From Eledone cirrhosa (lineage: Eukaryota), in contig OZ024742.1 in NCBI GenBank assembly GCA_964016885.1, positions 325,376,001 through 325,440,000 on the forward strand: a DNA stretch of 64,000 bases, written 5' to 3'. The number at the start of each line of letters is the position of its first letter. The first letter of the stretch is position 1. Under the pieces are notes generated by a model. That model did no database searches, was not told the DNA's origin, and saw only the letters and a program-made list of their open reading frames with translations. Below are positions 55,096-64,000 of this stretch, piece by piece. The position numbers were made by a program, and so were the translations under genes.

Positions 55096-55251
55096 AAATA
55101 AAGGATTATGAGTTCATGCAATTGACTTATGTTTCGTCACTATATATATATATGTATATATATATTATTATATATATATATATATATATAACGGAGGAAA
55201 TGTGGTAAGGAACCAGGTGGACCATAACGCACCAAAGTACTCAATACTTAG

Positions 55252-55295
<44 letters not shown>

Positions 55296-55351
55296 AATAC
55301 ATATATGTGTGTATATATATACACATACATATACATATGTATATATATATT

Positions 55352-55416
<65 letters not shown>

Positions 55417-57590
55417 TTGTATACATATATATGTTAATATATAACCCAATATTAATATGGTTCATTGATTACTCAATGAATATAGTTTTACAATAGATTA
55501 AAAGCACTCTACAGCAAAGTTATCAGGAGTTATTATTATTCAGAATAATAATAAATGAAGACATTCTCATAATCAAAATATGTTTTATTATATATATTTC
55601 GAAGGTACTGTGCTGTTTTGTGACACACACAAAAACAAGATGGCGTAGGACAGAACAAAGGAGAGGCACAAAAACAAAGAAAATAATCCCCAGTTACTGA
55701 AGAGGTCACAGAATGTGTGACGAAAGAACTTTGACAATATATAAACAACCATCTGGTTGTGGAACCAACCAACCAACCGGAAATTTATAAATTCCTAAAT
55801 TTATAAATTTATTATAATAAATTGAAGTGAAGGCAACTGGTGCGTGTGTTTCTTATTGGCAACATGACCCTCCCAAAGTATAACAATATCGGTTTCAACA
55901 CACGTTTTCAGATAAAGAATCTTGCTAAACAAATTCAGAAACGAAATATATATATATATATATATATATGTAGAGAGAGGGAGATAAAAGTATATAGATA
56001 AAATCAGAGGGAAGGTGATAGATTTGAAAAGGGGAATCAAACTATGTTATTGAAGTGATACCATTTATGTGTCAATACTTTGCCATATTACTCGTTTCAT
56101 TGATGGAAAAACGCCTACCTCTTTGAGAATCATTACATTTACATAGGTGTCAATATATATGTTTTCTCCTGCGTTACCTAAGCTGTGGGACAGACAGCGA
56201 TTCATAGATAAATGGGGACTGAAATAAATAATGTTATCGATATCATCGACTCAGTAATTGTTGGCACATGACATTATCTTCATCTTGCTTCTTTTCATGT
56301 TAGAACATTTCAAAGAGTTTTACGTCCATCACAGAGGTAATGCAGAGATAAATAAAATACAAATGAGGCCACATTCACAAATGCACATATATATGAATAT
56401 GTGTGTATTATTTCATGTTGGCGACCATAATTACTTCATCAACAATAAAGAATTCTCGGGTTTTTACGTTATTTAAGATCAAAAGGCTTAGGTGGTTAAT
56501 GCTTTCTTGACCACTTAAATAGCTCCTGTCATTCTCCAGATCGTATGTAGGTTTGGTTCACTGAGCCATCCAAAACTCAACTTAATTTTGATATGCTAGA
56601 TACCAAATAAACTTCCTAACTTACGCCATAACACAAGCGGAAAAAATTCATTCGGAAAAAAGTCACATTCACCAAGCTGCTATATATGAATCCCAAGAGT
56701 TGTAACGGAGTCACAACCACGGGAAAATCAATTATTCAACGGCGAGACAGATTATTTGCTTCAATAGTCCAAGGTAAAGTATCCATCTATGATATAGCCA
56801 CAACATACAAATCTGCAAAAACAGATCTGGTAAACCTTCCTACTAATATATCATCAGATTTCTTCAAAACTGTGCTTCAGTTGTATAATGAACATAGACA
56901 CTATTATAATAAACCACAATACATGTATCTGTATAAACGAAGATATAAACGCTATATAAACGAAGAAATATGGCAAAATACTGGCCTATCACAGATTGTC
57001 GAAATGTTACCAATAAGCCTCATATGTATTGTCATTGTATAGTCGAATAGCATTCCTATATCCAGTGCAAAAACATTGATTGCACCAATATATTAAACTA
57101 CAGGCTCCAGAATAGAAACACAACACCATCCAAAAATATTTGGAAATCAAACGATGCAGGAATATGTATATAATTTCTCAATCATTCTGTCCTTTATTCA
57201 CGAAGAGTGTAATAAATATCCCACATATCAACACTTGAAATTAATGAACAAATATTTATCAGAAAGAAATATATTATGTAATAAATCCAATTTATATCTA
57301 AACTGTTTTCCTGAGTGTTCGCATTTACGGAAACCTGTTATGATAACGTAATTATTTCATATAAAGCATGAATGTACTTCAAGCTAAAGTCTGATCAATG
57401 TTATGTACATAAAGTATAATACATTTATGAATAAATACATCATTCTGTTTCTCCAGACAATCGTATGCATCGCATATTTCCATTATTTCGATTAAATTAA
57501 TAAATTAAACTAAATCTGACGCAAATAACATTTACAGAGTTGATGAATACTAGTACCATATTAAGACTGAAACGAAGTTTAAAACAATTG

Positions 57591-57669
<79 letters not shown>

Positions 57670-57698
57670 TATATGCGTATAAATGTATATATATATTA

Positions 57699-57735
57699 CG
57701 AGCTGAGGATCCGTAATGTGAAACAAATGTTCTCG
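57699..57735 (+). ncRNA. Hammerhead candidate with degenerate stem II
   Basis: cgag CTGAGGA tccgtaatgt GAAA ca-aa-tg TT ctcg. Confidence 0.55.
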
Positions 57736-57988
57736 GTATGGTGAACTAACTGTTGTGTAACCACTTCTATATATATATACTATAATGTTAAGGAACAAGG
57801 ATTGAGTGTTGCATCATAACATATTTAATAACATAATACATACGTTTCACTATCGATCAGCTTGAGGCAAAACCTATTATAGATCGAACCTCACTCTGTA
57901 ATCGAAAGGTCAACAGATATGCTTAGTATATGATTTCCTCTTCGATTCTGTGTCATACAACTATATATATATATATATATATGTGTGT

Positions 57989-58038
<50 letters not shown>

Positions 58039-59761
58039 ATATATGATATATATATGGGTATGTCCGTGTGTGTATGTGTGTGTGTATGCGTGTGCGCGCA
58101 CGTGCGCGCGTGTGTGTTGACATATAACAACGCCTATGTGGCTGCCCTCTGCTTGGTTTTTAGTACAAGTTTTACCGAGGAACTGGTCATTGGTCAACAA
58201 GGTTCTGTCTACTCAGTTCCTCCAATTCCAACTCGGTTAATTTTCTCCCTCTTTTTTTCTGGCACTATTAAGCAGAAGCCTAATAACTTGTGGGGAGGTG
58301 AAAGCCGAATTAAGTAATTTACTGGTACATTAGCTTTCGACCCTGGAATGTTGAAAGCAATATTAACCTTGGCAGGAGTTTTACCTTCTGAATCCAAATC
58401 CCACCGAGATCACCTATAATCTTCATATTTTCAAGGTAGATAAAATAAAATAACAGTCATGTACTGGGGTTAATGTAATTGATATAGGACCACCCGCCAC
58501 CAAAAATCATTGATATTGTGCGTAAAATAGGGAACTATTATTTCTCTTGTTTATATTCACTTGCTCTCAACATATATATTTCTTGTAAGATTCATTTAAT
58601 TAACATTCACCCTCTATATTGTGCCTAGAGGAAAATCTCACCGTTCAGTCCTTCGCGAAAATAAGGGAAACAAAATGAAAGAGCTGCTATAATTCTTTAC
58701 TCTGAGAAAAGTCCGCCAAAAAGCCATTTCTCACGGACAGTTGTAAATCTGAAATATGATTTTATTATTTTTTTTTAATGGGATGTGTATCGTCATCTCA
58801 GAAAATTATGAATATATTTGATATGAAAGTCAATAAACTGTTTTATCTTTGTCCCTCTTGCTTCTCCCAAACATCGCTTCGTGGCGTTGGTTGCCAGTGT
58901 TATTCATAGCTATGGTTCTCTAAATGTTTAATTTTAAACAAACCGTATTTCTTTAGAAATTCGAAATTCCAATATATATATATATATGACGCTCTATCTA
59001 TAGACTTTGATCGAGATTGAAGCCCAGGCTAGGTTCAACACCGTCTCTAATATCTACCTATGTCCATGCTAAGTACATTACTGTTGTGATCTACCCATAT
59101 CTCACTCCGTATTTGTATATATAACTCGTATATAAAGAAAGAAAAACAGATAAGGAATTCAATGAAATAACTGAGGTCTGTGTTTGTATTGGGAAATACT
59201 TAAAGTGTTTTTTGTTTGAGATTTAGCATAATGGCGTCGAAACAAATCCGTTTGGGAAATATGACCGAATCTCTGTTATGTAACCAACTGTCACTCAGTA
59301 AAAGACTTCTGAACTAGAAGAACGTCAGATGTGAGTCTCTGATCAAGTTTTGTCATATGCTGCATTTGTTTATTTCAATCTCTGTAATTGAATTAAATTT
59401 CTGAGCTTGATATTTACATATGTCAGGACATGAAAGATCACTTCACCCGAGCTTCCAATGGCATCAAGGAAGTTAAAGTATATGATAAATATAATTGTTC
59501 ATTGCTATAGAACAAGTCTTTGCCCGCGCACGCACACACATACACACATTCTCCCACATTTATATAGTTATATATGTATGTATGCGCGCGTGTGTGTGTG
59601 TGTGTGTGTGTATGTGTTGCAGAGAGAGAGAAAGAGAGATATTGATTGATTGATGGATAGTTTGATAGCTTGTTACACATACGAAAACACACACACATAC
59701 GCACACACACACACACACATACACACACACACACACACACACGCACATACACACACACACC

Positions 59762-59793
<32 letters not shown>

Positions 59794-59831
59794 GGTGTGT
59801 GTGTGTAATATAATAATGATTTCTCATATAT

Positions 59832-60016
59832 GCACAAGGCCAGCAATTTGGGGGTAAGGGAAAGTCGATTAAATCGGCACCAGTGCGTGACTGGTACTTT
59901 ATTTTATTGACCCCGTAAGGATAAAAGGTGGGATTTGAACTCAGATCATAAATAGGCGTATCGCTATGCTGCAAGCATTTTGTCCAACGTTCTACCGATA
60001 CTGCCAATCCTCCACC
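59832..60016 (-). mobile_element. SINE family A variant
   Basis: Reverse complement with A/B boxes and a partly deleted core. Confidence 0.8.
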
Positions 60017-60206
60017 ACTAGAATTAGTCCAGAATTAGCCGTCGAAACGGTTTGAGCTCAGCCGTCAGGGCCCTACTCGTATATATATATGTATATATAT
60101 ATATACATATATTCATTAGTTAAGCAAAACAAGACCACAAATTTCACAAGGCAGACATTATTAAAAGATTATCAACATAGTTTTAGTTTAATCTAAGGAT
60201 TGTAGA

Positions 60207-60208
<2 letters not shown>

Positions 60209-60251
<43 letters not shown>

Positions 60252-63200
60252 TTTCTTTATTAACCACAAGTGTTTACATAAAGTAGACATTAAGGACAGT
60301 ACAGGACAATACAGGGCGGTACAAATGGGCATTTCTGCGTGTAAAAAAACAAGAAACAGAGGATGTAATAATAGAACAATGAAAATATTCCCCAATGGGG
60401 GGAGACTTCCGAGGGACATTCGTGGAGAAAGACCATTAAAAAGCCACAGTGACCCTGACCACCAGTCAAGTGCCCTCTCCCAGTGTTCCACCTTTAATTT
60501 ACAGACACATACTCAGAGTAGGCCCATTCACTCGGGCCATTCTTGCATCTCTCACCCATCTTTCAACAAAATGCTGGGAAGAGAGCACTTCCCTCTCTAC
60601 TCTGATTTTCCTTTTCAAATGAAATTTGAAAAAGTCAATCAGGGCATCACCGAAGAGGTAAGTGCTCGTATTCAGCCCTTTCAAACGTTTCCACCATACT
60701 ATCTCTTTCGCCATGTCCACCAGACAGATAAAAAGTGCCTGCCCTTCCCGGCTAAAGGAAGATTGCGGGGCAATCTTCACGATGGACTCAGATGATAGCC
60801 GGATCCGTCCTACACGCGACAGCAGGTGTTCAACATAAACCCACAAGTCAGCAATTTTCGGACACTGGACGACTGCGTGCAGGACGGTTTCGTCGCCCTG
60901 CGCGCATCTCGGACATGCCCGGCTTACGGCACCTCCATGCCTGTAGAGTTTATCCCGAACTAGCAAAGCTCCTCGGTAGCACTGCCAGGCCAGAGATTTC
61001 TGGAAGTTGTCCATAGGCCCCGGCCCGAAAGTTCTTCCGTAGAGATTGGCTAGTTGATTTTCGTCAACGCCTAGAGTTTCCCCAAGTACGTCGTCGCTCT
61101 TCCCCTCCACTAATCCTCTATAGAACGTTGAGGTGGAGTTTCCACCGATCACATTGCCCGATTGGTCGAGGGCTGTGGGCGCCTGAAGACATTCCAGTCT
61201 CCAGGCGCTCAGTCTCGGTCTTCGCTTGACCCAGTATTGCAGCTCCGTCAAGGAAACGAGCTGGGGAAATATGTGTCTAACAAACGGCGACCACACCTGA
61301 TTACAGTCGAGGAAGAAGTTGAGATGTCGTAGCCTGAGAGCGTATCTGGGCATCATCAGCCACGGCATGCCCAGCCCTCCACGTAGCGGGTGTTGACAAC
61401 AGATAGACCGCCTGACCATCGGGCGCGTCCCTTCCACAAAAAGCGAAAGAGCAAACGCTCCAGAGCAGTCAGGCGGGGCTTAGGACAAGGTACGATTATC
61501 AGACGGTAGCAGATGACAGACGCGATGTACGCGTTAGCCACCTCCGCTCGACCTTTCAGGGATAGATTCCTCTCCGCCCATTTCTGGGTAAGAGAAGCCA
61601 CCCTGCTCGTCACCTCGTCCCAGTTTTTGTCCGTCTGGAGGTCCGGACCGAACCAGACCCCTAGCAATTTTACTGGTCCGTCCGTCCAGCGTCCGACGAC
61701 GCTGTTGGACGGCATGGACCTGCCTCTACAGGTGCCGAGCTGCAGGCCCACTGACTTTTCCTGGTTGATCATTGCTACTGTCACCGCTTCGTATTCTCTT
61801 AGTGTAGTGCCGATCGCCTCGATGTGTCTGGCGTTCGACACCACTACGGTGACATCGTCCGCATATGCTGACACGGATCTTCCGCATCCTAGTTCGCGCG
61901 GGACGCCCCTCAATGTCTCCAGTTTGTGCAGTAATGGCTCGAGAGTCAATACGTACAAAGGGACGAGAGGGGACATCCTTGGCGGCCCGAGCGCTTGATG
62001 TTGAACGGTTGTGAAAGGTGACCGTTCACTCTCACTACAGAGCAGATGTCGCTGTTCATGGCAGCAATCCAGCGTCTGTAGACGGGCCCAAAGCCAGCCA
62101 CCCTCAGGACTGCCGCTAGGTAACGATGGTCGAACCTATCGAAGGCTTTCGACTGATCTAAATTGATCAAGGACCCACCCGTGCCAGGTTCCCTAGCTAC
62201 CCTCTCTACGATGTATCGCATGAGGTGGAGGTTGTCGTGGATGGATCTGTCGAGAATGGCGCATGTCTGCGCCTCTCCCACCAAACCATCAACGACAAGT
62301 GCCAACCTCTTTGCTAGTACCTTTGCCAAAATCTTGAACTCTGTGTTTAGCAGAGTTATGGGCCTGAAATTATCTATGTTATCCCCCTTGTTCGGATCCT
62401 TTCTCAGCAGTGCCGGCGCTCCTCGGCTCACAGAGCTGGGAATTCTCCCGTTCTGTTGCCAGTTGTAGTAGACGTCCGCCAAGAGGCCTCCGAACAAGTA
62501 TGGCATCTGTACGTAAAGTTCATAGGGCAGACCATCCAAACCAGGCGAGTTACCCCTTGTGCAGCCAGTCATTGCCTCCCGTATTTCAGCGGCTGTTATC
62601 GGCTTTTCGCAACTCCTCGCCTCAGTGGCCGAGAGCCGCGGCAGTCCGTCGAGGTAGACACTAAAGTCCATCCCTCGACCCGGCCCGCCGCTGCCCCCGA
62701 ACAGCTGAGCGAAGTGTCGCTGAAAAGCTTCACACATTTGCCCGGGATCGAGTAGCATGCGCCCGTCGTGTTCCACCATAGACCGGATCGTGGCTTTGTT
62801 GCCACGACGCACCTCCGCCACTCGGGCCCATTGAACGGCTTTCGTCCCCTCGTGTCTGAGAGCATGCACCCTAGTTCTGACAACGCAGCCTTCATGCTTT
62901 GCATTGAAGAATTGGTCAAGGGCCAATTTCGCCGCAAGCACGTCGGTCGCGATGCCTCTGCTAAGCGCCTCGTTCGTCTTATTTTCTAACTAGTTCCCCT
63001 CTGCTCTATTTTTCTCTATTGCTAAAGCCTTACTAAACCTAATGGACTCTATTCTAATCGCTCTTTTCGGAACAAACCACCACTTGTTGTTGACGATGGC
63101 CCCCATCAACGCCCGCTTAACTAGTTCGCTAATCCGGTCTCTGTAGGCCTTGGGCGCTGGTAAGGATGCGTTTAGCTTCCAGTAGCCGAGTCCTCGTCTA

Positions 63201-64000
63201 TGAAGCCTATCTAAGTCAAGCACACAGATCACGAATTTGTGGTCCGTGTAGCTGACTATCTTGAATTGTGGACAGCCTATGCTAGACCTATCTATTTCCT
63301 TACAACTCTACTTAGATATGATCTGGATGACCCAATGCGATTTGTCCAAGTCCACAATGGCACATTCGGGAAATCCAATCGGTACCTGCCAGACAGTTCA
63401 AAACGCCTGAGCAGGATGGTGAGGCTCTTGCACCCTCCTCCCCTATCCGTTAATCCCACACAGTCCCAGCGTGCCTCTAAGATCCCGTTCCAGTCGCCCA
63501 CTAACACTAAAGAGCGGGAGTTCCAAGAAAGGTCTCCAGACGCCGGAAGAAATCAGGCCGCCCTGCTCCTGTCGGGGCATAGACGGCCACTAGCCTGAAA
63601 GCTTTCCCGTCTCCTCTGGGTACGTCCAGCACCACCAACTTACCCTCTGGGTCCAGGAAGATGGCCCGTATGGCGAGATCCTCTCCGAAAAAGCACAGCA
63701 ACTCCTCCCTCCCCGATGCTTCGGAGATTCTGGTCTCGCTGATGGCCACTACATCTATGTTTAGTGACCTGAGGTCGTTGAGTAGGTGGCCCTGCTTCCA
63801 TGACGACCCCAAGCCACGCGCATTTATGCTGCCTATTCTGAGTGAGGTCATGTTGAAAAGGAGTGGAAAAGATGGGAAAGACCACTTACCTTACTTCTCG
63901 TAGGGGAAGGACGGCTTTTCCATCCTTTTCACTGCTTGTGGCCTCCTCAGGAAGGATGTCCTTATGAATCCTCCTGGAGAGTGCTTGTCGGAAGTCTCCG
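60209..64000 (-). mobile_element. Tx1/L1-clade LINE, continues past the window end
   Basis: Minus-strand frameshifted ORF2: APE start (LRIGSINARGL, VAVYAP, GDWN), GYWKLN, SPGLDGLPYE, FRPITLLN, LDQSKAFD, RQGCPLS, AYADDV, GGLGMP, CPRC..ETVLHA..QC. AATAAA and a (TTA)n tail at 60209-60262. Confidence 0.95.
60499..63851 (-). pseudogene. Tx1/L1 ORF2 (APE endonuclease-RT-zinc knuckle), multiple frameshifts
   Basis: ORF-track pieces 63507-63851, 63292-63507, 62990-63232, 61946-62941, 61356-61976 and 60499-61437 are colinear domains. Confidence 0.92.

Noticed and set aside
56560-57350. 118-aa and 65-aa ORFs, possibly a decayed Penelope C-terminus or host exon
   Set aside because: No motif could be pinned down with confidence; needs a tBLASTn/HMM search.
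60325-63903. Plus-strand ORFs overlapping the Tx1 element, and antisense ORFs over the Penelope and RTE ORFs
   Set aside because: Shadow ORFs of coding retroelement sequence with no independent motifs.

Overview
AT-rich, microsatellite-saturated eukaryotic intergenic or intronic DNA. The repeat content (Nin-domain-type tRNA SINEs, RTE LINE with C-terminal C2H2 fingers, dense (TA)n/(CA)n) suggests a mollusc, probably an octopus; this is inference. I found no host protein-coding exon, and most listed ORFs are translated microsatellites. Recognisable elements: two Penelope-like retroelements (RT + C-terminal GIY-YIG; 6.1-9.4 kb decayed, 45.8-49.0 kb nearly intact but 5'-truncated), a 5'-truncated RTE LINE, further RTE fragments, a Tx1/L1-clade LINE, two non-autonomous Helitrons, a Tc1/mariner remnant and mini-MITE, many SINEs and a probable CRE fragment. 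Main hidden signal: most of the apparently unique 0.2-1.3 kb islands between (TA)n tracts are fold-back and/or tandem non-coding units carrying minimal type I hammerhead ribozyme (HHR) motifs (stem I-CTGANGA-stem II-GAAA-short, often palindromic stem III-TH-stem I'). By eye I count about 17 complete candidates, about 4 weaker ones and about 10 3'-half sites, in at least 10 unrelated families. Several are arranged as 1.2-2 tandem monomers (about 310, 438, 510 and 524 nt) plus an inverted end, as expected for retrozyme-like circular RNAs or Penelope pLTR derivatives mobilised into (TA)n by the resident Penelope-like RT. All folds were read by hand; none were computed or assayed.
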